Below, piece by piece: positions 10,597 through 21,100 of a stretch of DNA of 64,000 nt. The number at the start of each line of letters is the position of its first letter. Positions within the stretch are counted from its first letter, which is position 1. The stretch covers positions 16,414-80,413 of the forward strand of contig CAAGIO010000019.1 in assembly GCA_900769945.1 (NCBI GenBank), read 5' to 3'. Source of the DNA: Bacteroidales bacterium. Its GTDB lineage: Bacteria > Bacteroidota > Bacteroidia > Bacteroidales > F082. The notes under the pieces were generated by a model. That model was not told where the DNA came from. It made no database searches and saw nothing but the letters and a program-made list of their open reading frames with translations. The translations under genes were made by a program, and so were the position numbers.

Positions 10597-11337
10597 TTCC
10601 CAGCCTGCAGTGAGTACGTCGGCAATATGTATTGTCTTGACGGGGATGTTCTGTTTCCTTGCGTATGATTCGAGGTGCATGAGGCAAGACATGTCGTTAG
10701 TGATGATGTATTCTGCGCCGGCATCTATGGCATCTTTGAATTTCTGGTCGGCTAATGAAGAGGATATTGCCTCATGTTGAACGGAGAAGAGCCCGCTGCC
10801 AAAACCGCAGCACACCTCCGGTTTCTTGAGTTCTAACAGTTCAAGCCCGTTGACTTTCGACAGAAGCCGCTGTCCCTCGTCCTTAAGCCCAAGCTCGCTT
10901 GAAGACGAGCATGACTGCATATATACGGCTTTATGTGGGAAGACGGCACCGAAATAGTCTTTCCCTAAAACGTTGATGAGGAAGTCGGTGAGCTCGTAAA
11001 TGTTGCTGACAAATCGTTTGTATTCGAGGTGTGAGGCGGTGTTGTAGAAGAGGTCCTTGTATCTTGTTTTGATGAAGCCCACGCAGGAGGCGTTGATGCC
11101 TACGACGGTATGCCCGGAGCTGATGTCGGTAAGCAGTTTGTTGCCGAGTTTTTTGGCCTCCTCGACATATCCGCTGTTATATGCGAACTTGCCGCAGCAT
11201 GTCTGTTCCGGATTGTATTCAATATCAATGTTTAATGATTTTAGAAGTTTGACAACGTTCATCGCGGTCAAAGGGTACATCTGGTCGATGATGCAGGAGA
11301 CAAAGAGTTCAACGGTCATGTTAATGATATTTTGCAA
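10579..11337 (-). CDS. (Fe-S)-binding protein with two cysteine-rich CCG domains (LutA / glycolate oxidase GlcF-like)
   Basis: CCGFGSG and TNDMSCLMHL CCG-type motifs, 252 aa. No lutB/lutC-like neighbours are visible in the window. Confidence 0.7.
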   Translation of the reverse strand: MQNIINMTVELFVSCIIDQMYPLTAMNVVKLLKSLNIDIEYNPEQTCCGKFAYNSGYVEEAKKLGNKLLTDISSGHTVVGINASCVGFIKTRYKDLFYNTASHLEYKRFVSNIYELTDFLINVLGKDYFGAVFPHKAVYMQSCSSSSELGLKDEGQRLLSKVNGLELLELKKPEVCCGFGSGLFSVQHEAISSSLADQKFKDAIDAGAEYIITNDMSCLMHLESYARKQNIPVKTIHIADVLTAGWELDELA

Positions 11338-11443
11338 TGATAAGGTTTCTAAGAGGAAGGTGTCCTAATATCGATACATCTAATATTTTCAGATAAGAGA
11401 TGAAGAGAAAATAGGGCACCTTCTTTATAATGTGATTATGGTT

Positions 11444-13560
11444 TTATTTTAGGCCATGACGTTTAAGGAAAGGCTCAGTGCTTGGTTCCTGGCCTCTGAA
11501 TTTGATATACTGGACCATTCCGTCATCGTTGCCGCATTCTTGCAGGCAGTTGATTCTGAATGAGTTTGCGAGTTCTTTATTAAAGATGTCGCCAGATTGT
11601 TTGAAATAGTCGAAGGCGTCGCTGTCGAGCACTGCTGCCCAGTAATACACATAGTATCCGGCGGCGTAGGAGCCGGCGAAGATATGACCGAAATATGTGC
11701 TGCGGTAGCGTGGAGCTATTTCATTAATAAGTCCAATCTTGTCCATGGCGGCTTTTTCGAAGGCGTTGACGTCGATGTCCGATACTTCCGACATCTTGTG
11801 GTATTCCATGTCGAGGATGGCGGCGGCGAGGAACTCCACAGTGGCGAAGCCTTGGTTGAAGAGGCTGCTGTTCTTCATCTTAGCGATGAGGCTGTCGGGC
11901 ATAGGCTCGCCAGTCTGGTAGTGTTTAGCGAAGAGTCGTATCACAGAAGGCTCGTTAGCCCAGTTCTCCATAATCTGTGATGGGAGCTCCACGTAGTCGC
12001 GAGGGACGTTGCCGCAAGTCCTTGTGTACAGCCCGTCGGAGAAGAAGGCGTGGAGGCTGTGCCCGAACTCATGCCACATCGTCTCTGTCTCTTCCCATGA
12101 AAGAAGGGCAGGGCAGTCGGCTGTTGCAGGGGTGAAGTTCATGACGAGTTGCACGAGTGCCGGGATACGTTGTCCGTTGATGTCGTAGCCTTTTTCGCGG
12201 AAGGAGGTGCACCATGCGCCCGTGCCTTTGCTTGCGCGCGGATAGAAGTCGAGGTAAAGCAGTCCGAGGACGGAGCCGTCGTTGTCTCTCACCTCAAAGG
12301 TCTCAACGCCATTGAAATACACGGGGATGTCATGACGCTGGCTGAAGGTGATGCCGTAAAGCTTGTTGGCGGCGAGGAACATGCCGTCACGTACGTTGTC
12401 TATTGAGAGGTATGGCTTCAGCAGGTTCTCGTCGAAGTCGTATTTCTCCTTGCGCACCTTCTCGGCATAGTACCACCAGTCCCATGCCTCAAGCTTAATG
12501 CCGGCGTTCTCTTTGTCGGCTATGGCCTGCATCTCTGCCAGCTCGTCCTTTGCCACCTCAAGGGCGGGCACGAACAGCTCGTTGAGGAATTTGTCAACGT
12601 TGGCGGTGTTCTTCGCCATGTTGTCGGCGAGGACGAAAGAGGCATAGTCGTCGTATCCGAGGAGCTTGGCCTTCTGCACTCTAAGGTTCACAACCTCAGA
12701 GACGATGTCCTTGTTGTCATTAGCGTTGTCGTTGTTGGCGCGCATGGTGTATCCGCGGTACATCTTCTCGCGTAGTGCGCGGTTGTCGGCATATTGGAGG
12801 AAGGGTATAAGGCTTGGCTTTGCCGTGGTGAAGACGTATTTCCCGGGCATGCCTTTTTCGGCAGCCATCTCGGCGGCGGCATCGATGCTGCTTTGCGGAA
12901 GCCCTGACAAGTCGCTGGCGTCGTCAACGACCATCATGAAGGCGGCGTTCTCGGCAAGCATGTTCTGGTTGTACTGCAGGTTGAGGAGTGACAGCCGCTC
13001 GTTGATGCCGCGTAAAGTCTGCTGGTCTGCTTCGTTGAGACCCGCCCCCGACCTGATGAAATCGTCATAATATTTCTCCACGACCCTCTTCTGTTGCGCG
13101 TCGAGGCTCATGTTGTCACGGTTGTCGTAAACGTATTTTATCCTCTCAAAAAGCTCAGGCTTCATGGCGATGTCGTCACCATGGGCGGAAAGGAGAGGAG
13201 AGACTTCTTCTGCAATGTTAAGCATCTCCTCGTCGCTCATGCACTCCATGAGGTTGAAGAAGACGCCGCTGACCTTGTTGAGCATCTCACCCGCCTTGTC
13301 GAATGCCAATATTGTGTTCTCGAAAGTAGGAGCCGCGGTGTTGTTGCAGATGCTTTCAATCTCCGCCTTATGCTGGCGCATGCCCTCTTTGAAGGCCGGC
13401 ATGTAATGCTCCGTCTTTATCTTGTCGAAAGCCGGCGCCTCGAATGGTGTCCCGTAATCGGAGAAGAACGGGTTTTGTTCGCTGCCCGCATTGTCGCCGC
13501 AGCAGCTGTATAGACCAATAATGCTCATTGTGATGATAATTAAAATGTTTTTAATAGTCA
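11444..13560 (-). CDS. dcp: M3-family metallopeptidase (peptidyl-dipeptidase Dcp / oligopeptidase A-like), lipoprotein
   Basis: HEFGHSLH zinc-binding HEXXH motif. The N-terminus after the chosen start is MTIKNILIIITMSIIGLYSCC, a lipoprotein signal. The longer upstream ORF extension is AT-rich and unlikely to be real. Confidence 0.85.
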
Positions 13561-13688
13561 TAGTGATATGTGTTTTGTTATTTTTTGCAAAAGTAGTGCA
13601 AAATGTTGGAAAAAATACTTTTATTTTCAGAATAATATTTATAAATTTGCACATTCGTTTTTGAAAGTAAAACTTAATATGGATAATC

Positions 13689-15698
13689 ATGGCATATATT
13701 TCTTTTGATAAACAGCAGCTGGTGAATCTTGAGTTTACTATGAACAAGGAGATTCTCCGGTCGAACAGGTCGGGGGCGTTCTATAATACCACTATAATAG
13801 GGTGTAACACAAGGAAATACCACGGTCTGCTCGTCGTTCCCCAGCCTCAGTTGGACAATAACAACCATGTGTTGTTGTCGTCTATTGATGAGACCATCAT
13901 AGCTAACAAGGAGGAGTTTCATCTTGGTGTCCATGAGTATAGGGACGGTACGGTGGCTCCGCGCGGGCATAAGTATCTGAGGGCGTTCACTGCCGAGCCT
14001 ATCCCGAAGCTTGTGTTCCGTATTGGCAGCTCTGTCCTTTCAAAGGAGTATATCTTTGCTGAGAAGGAGCCGCGCATCCTGATACGATACACTCTTGAGG
14101 AGGCCGCGCAGCCGATAAGGCTCAGGCTGATGCCATTCCTCGCCTTCCGCAATGTGCACATGCTTACCCATGAGAACTACGCTGCGAAGAGGAGGTATGT
14201 CCCCCTGAAGAACGGCGCCGCATGGCAGATGTATGACAACTACGACACTCTATGCTTCCAGATGTCCAAGTCGCCTGAATACACGCACTGCCCTGACTGG
14301 TATAAAGATGTCTTCTATATCAGGGAGTTTGAGCGCGGATATGACGCGGTGGAAGACCTCTACGTCCCTGGGTTCTTTGAGGTGACGATGAGTGCGGGAG
14401 AGAGCGTGGTGGTATCGGCAGGCCTTGAAGAGAAGACACCTTCCACTTTCAAGCATCAGTTTGAGAGCCAGATAGAACAGCGTATCCCACGCGACAGCTT
14501 CGTGCATTGCCTCCAGAACTCTGCGGAACAGTTTATTATTAAGGAGAAGAACGGCACACGTATGTTCGCCGGCTTCCCGTGGTTCGGCTCCTGCAGCCGC
14601 GACACCTTCCTCTCTCTGCCGGGTATCTGCCTCGCTAATGGCGATGAGAAGACGTTCAAAGAGATGCTCGAATACCTCATAAAAAGGATGCAGGGCGCGT
14701 TCTTCCCACATAAATACTACCAGCAGAACCTCTACTATACCGCCGTTGACTCGCCCCTCTGGTTCTTCATGAACCTCCAGAAATATGAGTCGATGCTGAA
14801 AAAGAGCAGAAGACAGATATGGCGCGAGTATGGCGATGTGATGACAAGGATTCTCGACAGCTATATCGAAGGCACCGACTTCAATGTGAGGGCTTGCGAG
14901 AACGGACTCCTCTATGCCGGGAACGAGAACCTCGCCCTGACATGGATGAACGTGTTCTGTGACGGTAAGCCGTGGACCCCGCGCTATGGCTTCGCCATCG
15001 AGGTCAATGCGCTGTGGTATAACGCGCTGCGCTATGGTGTGGAGCTGCTGAAGTGCGCCGACACCAAGAACCCTCACCTGAAGGTCTGGCAGGAGATGGC
15101 TGACAAGATAGAGACGTCGTTTGTTGAGACGTTCTATGATGAGGATAACGACAGCTTCTTCGACTTCGTCAACGAAAGGGAGAGGAATGCCATGGTGCGT
15201 CCGAATATGATGATTGCGGGAGCGTTGCGCTACTCGCCACTGAAGGACACGCTGAAGAAGAGGATACTTGACATCACGCGTTCCGAGCTGCTGACAAGCA
15301 GGGGTCTGCGCTCGCTGTCGCCGAGAGACGAGAGCTATAAGGGCGTCACCATCGGCAACCATAAGGACAGGGAGCGTGCTTACCACATGGGCACGGTGTT
15401 CCCGTGGCTCATCATGCCTTACACCGACTTGTGCGTGAGGCTCTACAGAAGCACCGCGCTGCCTTACCTGCAAGACATGTATGACGGCTTTGAGAACGCC
15501 ATCTTCGAGAGCGGCATCGGGAGCATATCCGAGATTTACGACGGCAACCCGCCTCACGAGAGCAGAGGGTGTATCTCGCAGTCAACGAGCGTGGCAGCAC
15601 TGCTATACCTTAAATATGTCATAGATATTATTAGGAAATACGGCGATGACTGCTTGTCACGCCTTGATACCGATAACAAAAAAATTAATGCGTTATGA
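13689..15698 (+). CDS. Glycogen debranching enzyme-like protein (N-terminal GDE domain plus amylo-alpha-1,6-glucosidase six-hairpin domain)
   Basis: GFPWFGSCSRDTFLSLPGI and a C-terminal (alpha/alpha)6-type region; 669 aa. It is the first gene of a glycogen gene cluster. Confidence 0.75.
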   Translation: MAYISFDKQQLVNLEFTMNKEILRSNRSGAFYNTTIIGCNTRKYHGLLVVPQPQLDNNNHVLLSSIDETIIANKEEFHLGVHEYRDGTVAPRGHKYLRAFTAEPIPKLVFRIGSSVLSKEYIFAEKEPRILIRYTLEEAAQPIRLRLMPFLAFRNVHMLTHENYAAKRRYVPLKNGAAWQMYDNYDTLCFQMSKSPEYTHCPDWYKDVFYIREFERGYDAVEDLYVPGFFEVTMSAGESVVVSAGLEEKTPSTFKHQFESQIEQRIPRDSFVHCLQNSAEQFIIKEKNGTRMFAGFPWFGSCSRDTFLSLPGICLANGDEKTFKEMLEYLIKRMQGAFFPHKYYQQNLYYTAVDSPLWFFMNLQKYESMLKKSRRQIWREYGDVMTRILDSYIEGTDFNVRACENGLLYAGNENLALTWMNVFCDGKPWTPRYGFAIEVNALWYNALRYGVELLKCADTKNPHLKVWQEMADKIETSFVETFYDEDNDSFFDFVNERERNAMVRPNMMIAGALRYSPLKDTLKKRILDITRSELLTSRGLRSLSPRDESYKGVTIGNHKDRERAYHMGTVFPWLIMPYTDLCVRLYRSTALPYLQDMYDGFENAIFESGIGSISEIYDGNPPHESRGCISQSTSVAALLYLKYVIDIIRKYGDDCLSRLDTDNKKINAL

Positions 15699-16987
15699 GA
15701 GTCTTGATGTTCGGGTGGGAGTTCCCCCCACATATCACCGGCGGACTGGGGACAGCGTGCTTCGGCATGACAAAAGGTCTCGCTAAAAACGGTGTGGAGG
15801 TTCTTTTCGTGGTGCCTAAGGCTCATGGCGATGAGGACCAGTCAAGTGTGCGCCTGCTTAATGCGAGCGAGGTGACGGTCAATATCGACCACGAGGCTGA
15901 CAGGAGCTATTGGGACCGGGTGCAGTATATGGAGATAGGCTCTAACATCATCCCATACGTCGGGCCGGAACAATACTCGTCGATGGTGGAGGAGTACCGG
16001 CACGCTACCAAGGGATTCCATAGCTCGGTGTTCGCCCCACGCTACGAGTTCTCCGGTAAATACGGCGCTAACCTCATGGAGGAGGTCGCCCGCTATGCCC
16101 TCGTCGGCTCGTCTCTCGCCACAAAATACGACTTCGACATCATACATGCCCACGACTGGCTCACCTATTCCGCCGGCGTGGCCGCCAAAGAGACCACAGG
16201 CAAGCCCCTCGTGGTGCACATGCACGCCACCGAGTTCGACAGGTCCGGAGAGAATATTAACACCGACGTGTTCGCTATAGAGAAACGCGGCATGGAGATG
16301 GCCGACATGGTCATCACCGTCAGCGACTGGACAAAGAAGATTGTGGTTGAGAAGTACGGCATCAACCCTAATAAGATTGTCACCGTACATAACGCCGTGG
16401 AACCGAGCGACAAGTCGTTGGACGAATATGAGCGCAGCGGATTGAAAAACAAAGTCGTGACCTTCCTCGGCAGGATAACATACCAGAAAGGACCGGAATA
16501 CTTCGTGGAGGCAGCACATAAAATCCTTCAGGTTGACCCCGACATACACTTCGTCATGGCAGGCACCGGCGATATGCTGAACAAGATGGTACGACGCGTC
16601 GCACAACTCAAGATGGGCGCAAACTTCCATTTCACCGGCTTCCTGAAAGGTAACGACGTGGACCAGATGTTCGCCATGACAGATGTGTTCGTAATGCCGT
16701 CAATATCAGAGCCTTTCGGCATAGTGCCCCTCGAAGCCATGCGCCTCAACGTACCCGTAGTGATTTCTAAACAGTCAGGAGTGTCCGAAGTGGTGAAACA
16801 CGCCCTCAAAGTGGACTTCTGGGATATCAACGGTCTCGCCGACGCCATCTATGGACTGTGCAAATATAAGGCGGTAAGCGATATCTTCCGTAAAGAAGGC
16901 AAAGAAGAGGTGGATAACCTTAAATGGGAATACGCCTCCAAGAAAATTAAAGCCGTTTATAATAATGTATTGAGTAATAACGATTAA
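15695..16987 (+). CDS. Glycosyltransferase family 4 (glycogen-cluster GT4)
   Basis: MRVLMFGWEFPPHITGGLGTACFGMTKGL N-terminal GT-B motif and a C-terminal SISEPFGIVPLEAM E-X7-E region. The start overlaps the preceding gene (ATGA). Confidence 0.8.
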   Translation: MRVLMFGWEFPPHITGGLGTACFGMTKGLAKNGVEVLFVVPKAHGDEDQSSVRLLNASEVTVNIDHEADRSYWDRVQYMEIGSNIIPYVGPEQYSSMVEEYRHATKGFHSSVFAPRYEFSGKYGANLMEEVARYALVGSSLATKYDFDIIHAHDWLTYSAGVAAKETTGKPLVVHMHATEFDRSGENINTDVFAIEKRGMEMADMVITVSDWTKKIVVEKYGINPNKIVTVHNAVEPSDKSLDEYERSGLKNKVVTFLGRITYQKGPEYFVEAAHKILQVDPDIHFVMAGTGDMLNKMVRRVAQLKMGANFHFTGFLKGNDVDQMFAMTDVFVMPSISEPFGIVPLEAMRLNVPVVISKQSGVSEVVKHALKVDFWDINGLADAIYGLCKYKAVSDIFRKEGKEEVDNLKWEYASKKIKAVYNNVLSNND

Positions 16988-16993
16988 AAAACA

Positions 16994-18127
16994 ATGAATA
17001 TGAGATCTGTTTGCTTCTGCTTCCAAGTGCACCAGCCATATAAACTCCGCACATACCGCTTCTTCGAGATTGGCAAACGCCACCAATACTACGACGATTA
17101 TTTCAACCGTATCACTATGCAGCGCGTGGCAGAACACTGCTACCTCCCAATGAATAACCTCATGCTGAAGAAAATAAACCAACTCGGAGAAAGATTCAAC
17201 TTCTCCATCTCTTTCTCCGGCATTGGACTGGAACTGATGCAGATGTTTGCCCCTCAGGCCTTGGAGAGCTTTAAAAACCTTGTCTCCACCAGTAACGTCG
17301 AGGTGCTCGCCGAGACATACTCACACTCCATCTCATCTCTCATGAATAAACAGGCTTTTAAGATGGAAGTGAATGAACATAAGAACCTTATGAAGGAACT
17401 GTTCGGTGTCAGACCTAAGACTTTCCATAATACCGAGCTGATATATTCTAACGAGATAGGTGCCGACGTGGCTGAAATGGGTTATAAGATGATGATAACC
17501 GACGGCGCAAAACATATTCTCGGATGGAAAAGCCCTAACTACCTATATACCAACGCGATAAACCCGAAGCTGAAGATAATGCTGCGTAACTATAAGCTCA
17601 GCGACGTCATCGCCCTGAAGTTCGGAAAGGAGCCTGTCACCGTTGACGACTTTATTGGATGGCTTAACGCTATCCCCGCCGATGAGGATGTGGTGAACAT
17701 TTTCCTCGATTATGAGACCTTCGGAGAGTATAAAGATGCATCGACGGGTATCTTCGACTTTATGGACTACCTGCCTGACGCTATTTTGAAATATACTGAC
17801 TTCCAAATAGTTACACCTTCGCAGATAATGAATCAGCTGCAACCTCTCGGAGTGTTCGACGCCCCAGTACCTCTCTCATGCCGCGACGAGGAACGTGACG
17901 TCTCTACTTGGATGGGTAACGATATGCAGGACGACGCCCTCGCCTCCTTGTACTCCTGCTTCAAGAAAGTGAAGTCATCGAAAGACCCGGAGCTGAAGAG
18001 AGACTGGAGATGCCTGCAGTCAGCCGAATATTTCGCATCAATGTGTACCAAGAACCCTAACGGCACCCCTTATGACACCTATATTAATTATATGAATATC
18101 TTAACAGACTTTAAAACACGAATTTAA
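16994..18127 (+). CDS. Glycoside hydrolase family 57 protein (alpha-glucan-acting)
   Basis: FCFQVHQPYKLRTY is the GH57 HQP signature; 377 aa. Confidence 0.75.
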   Translation: MNMRSVCFCFQVHQPYKLRTYRFFEIGKRHQYYDDYFNRITMQRVAEHCYLPMNNLMLKKINQLGERFNFSISFSGIGLELMQMFAPQALESFKNLVSTSNVEVLAETYSHSISSLMNKQAFKMEVNEHKNLMKELFGVRPKTFHNTELIYSNEIGADVAEMGYKMMITDGAKHILGWKSPNYLYTNAINPKLKIMLRNYKLSDVIALKFGKEPVTVDDFIGWLNAIPADEDVVNIFLDYETFGEYKDASTGIFDFMDYLPDAILKYTDFQIVTPSQIMNQLQPLGVFDAPVPLSCRDEERDVSTWMGNDMQDDALASLYSCFKKVKSSKDPELKRDWRCLQSAEYFASMCTKNPNGTPYDTYINYMNILTDFKTRI

Positions 18128-18166
18128 TCATCGCATGCTCATACAACATGCAATAATGTAGAATAT

Positions 18167-21100
18167 ATGAAGAATCCGAATTATATCTTTGAGACAAGCT
18201 GGGAAGTATGTAACATGATAGGCGGCATCTATACCGTGCTGTCAACAAAAGCAGAGGAGCTGACGCAACTGCTTGGCGACCACTATATTACCGTTGGTCC
18301 CGACATTGTGAAGGAATCTCATGAGACGTTATACTTTATTGAGGACAGCAACCTTTTCCAAGAATGGCGCGAGAAAGTGGCATCAAATTTAGGAATAAAG
18401 GTTAGGGTGGGAAGATGGAAGATTTCCGGTAACCCTATCGCGGTGCTCGTTGACTATACGTCACTTTATCCTATTAAAAACGAGATACTTGGACATCTGT
18501 GGGAACAATATCAACTTGACTCAATACAAGGACAGTGGGACTATATCGAGCCTGTGATGTTCGGTTTCGCCGCCGGCAAGGTGATAGAGAGCTTCGTGGA
18601 CTGGTGCGTCGGCGTTGACGATACCGTGGTGGCACAGTTCCATGAGTGGATGACAGGCGCCGGCGTCCTTTATCTTAAAGAACACTGCCCTCATATCTCC
18701 ACCGTCTTCACAACGCATGCCACATATCTCGGAAGGGCTATAAGTGGAAACGGCCTCCCTCTCTACGGGAAATTAGACTCTTATAATCCTCAGACTATGG
18801 CAAGCCGCTTCAACATTGTCTCTCAACAGTCGATGGAGTCGAAGTCAGCTCAGAACGCCGATGTGTTCACCACCGTGAGCGATATCACCGCTCAAGAATG
18901 CGAGTGCTTCCTAAACCGTAAGCCTGACTTCATCACTATCAACGGCATAAATAGCGACTCCGTTGTTGATGGCAAGGAGAAAGAACGCCTTCGCGCGATG
19001 AGCAGAGAGAAGGTCTTCGCCGTGGCTGATGCCATCTGCGGAAAAAAAGTGCCCCGTGACTCTTTCCTGATTCTTAACAGCGGACGCTATGAGTTCCATA
19101 ATAAAGGTATCGACCTGTTTATCAAGATGTTGGCAAACCTGAATAAGGAACAGTCTCTGCAACGCGACATTGTCGCCGTCATAGCAGTGCCGGGCAATAT
19201 CTCCGGCCCTTATGACGAGCTCGCACACCGCCTCAATAAGACATGGGACTTCGCTAAAGACAATGTTGAAACCACTACCGAGTACCCTATTACTCACCAT
19301 CTCTTCGACTTCCAATACGACAGTGTGCTTAACGCCTTGCGCGACAACGGCTTGAATAACGCCGAGAACGACAAGGTTAAAGTGATGTTCGTCCCTGCCT
19401 ATCTCAATGGCGACGATGGCATCTTTAATATTAAATATAGTGACTTCCTCTTCGGCTTCGACCTCACGGTGTTCCCATCTTATTATGAACCATGGGGATA
19501 CACCCCGCTCGAGAGTATCTCGCACGGAATACCAACCGTGACTACAGACGTGGCTGGCTTCGGAAAATATATCCTTGAGAACTACTTCAACACTGAGGCC
19601 GTCACCGTAATACATCGTACCGAAAATGACTCTAACAATGTGGCGCGCGAACTCACTGATGTGGTTCTCGACATCGCTTCACTCAACACAATGAAATATA
19701 ACGAGATAGCTGATAACGCTTTCGAGATAGCCAAGACCTTCGTTTGGAAAAAACTGATTGTCAACTATCTCAAAGCCTACGATATGGCCGTCGGTAAGTC
19801 GGCAGGTAAAGACTATCTCAAGAAAACGAAGAAATATTCTGAGGTGCTCAGGGTGTTCGATTATAAGAAACAAGACAGCCCAACATGGAAGAAAATGCTC
19901 GTCGAACCGGCATACTCAAAAGAGATGAAGAAACTCCAAGAGCTCGCCAACAACGTCTGGTGGTGCTGGAACATCGACGCAGTGGAGCTGTTTGAATACA
20001 TTGATGCAGAAGCGTTTGAACGTCTTGAACAGAACCCCGTCGCCTTGATAAAGAACCTTACCAAGTTCCAAATAGAAAGCCTTGAGCAGGATAAGGAGTT
20101 TGTCGCGAAACTTGACAAGGTTTATGATAAGTTCGTGAAGTATATGTCGCAGAAGCCTTCTGATGATAACAAGATAGCCTACTTCAGCATGGAATACGGC
20201 TTGCTCAAGTCGCTGAAGATTTATTCAGGCGGACTTGGAATCCTTGCTGGCGACTATCTGAAACAGGCCTCCGACTCGAACGCCAACATGCTTGCTATCG
20301 GACTCCTATACCGCTACGGCTACTTCAACCAGGCTCTCTCGGTGTCGGGAGAACAGCTGTCGCAATACCTGCCACAGAAGTTCTCCGAGTTGCCTCTCGA
20401 ACCCGTGCGCGACGACGATGGCAACTGGGTGACGATAAGCATCGCTTTCCCAGGAAGGATAGTGTATGCCAAGGCTTGGAAAGTGAATGTCGGACGCGTC
20501 AGCCTCTATCTGCTCGACACCGACATACAGCAGAACTCACCTCAAGACCGCGCCATCACCGGCCAACTGTACGGCGGCGATAACGAGATGCGTATCAAAC
20601 AAGAGATGTTCCTCGGTATTGGCGGTATCCGACTCCTTAACGCATTGAATATCAAACCGACAATCTATCACTGCAACGAAGGTCATGCCGCCTTCTGCGG
20701 ACTTGAGCGTTTGAGCAACTACGTCTCAAACAATAATCTCGACTTCGACGTTGCCAAAGAGCTTGTCAGAGCCTCAACATTGTTCACGACACACACACCT
20801 GTTCCCGCCGGCCATGACGCCTTCGAGGAACATCTCATGAGGACATATCTCCCTCATTACGCTAACAGGATTAATATCTCATGGGAAGACTTCATGAGCC
20901 TCGGACGTATTCGTAAAAAAGACCCTAACGAGAAATTCTCCATGAGCGTCCTCGCTACAAACCTTAGCCAAGAAGTCAACGGCGTGAGTAGGATTCACGG
21001 GCGGGTGAGCCGTGAGATGTTCCAGAAAATGTGGCCGGGATACTTCGCGGAAGAAAACCATATCGGCTATGTTACTAACGGAGTGCACCTCCCTACATGG

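Noticed and set aside
11338-11443. Long-range imperfect inverted repeat (GAAGGTGTCCT ... AGGGCACCTTC) between dcp and the CCG-domain gene
   Set aside because: The loop is about 55 nt with one mismatch, which could be chance in a short AT-rich spacer. There is no supporting T-tract.
13561-13747. N-terminal extension of the M3 peptidase ORF up to the ATG at 13747
   Set aside because: The extension is AT-rich and reads MFIVNSRF...FINIILKIKVFF. It precedes an obvious lipoprotein signal peptide that begins at the internal Met, so the start was reassigned to 13560.
14250-15557. 435-aa ORF antisense to the debranching-enzyme-like gene
   Set aside because: It lies fully inside a sense gene with clear family motifs. 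It has an R/H/L-rich antisense signature and no start context.
15842-16630. 262-aa ORF antisense to the glycogen-cluster GT4
   Set aside because: An antisense shadow ORF, as above. The sense strand carries GT4 motifs.
18911-19615. 234-aa and other ORFs antisense to the glycogen synthase/phosphorylase fusion (including 20879-21502 and 21148-21570)
   Set aside because: All lie inside the 1414-aa sense ORF, which has strong family motifs along its whole length.
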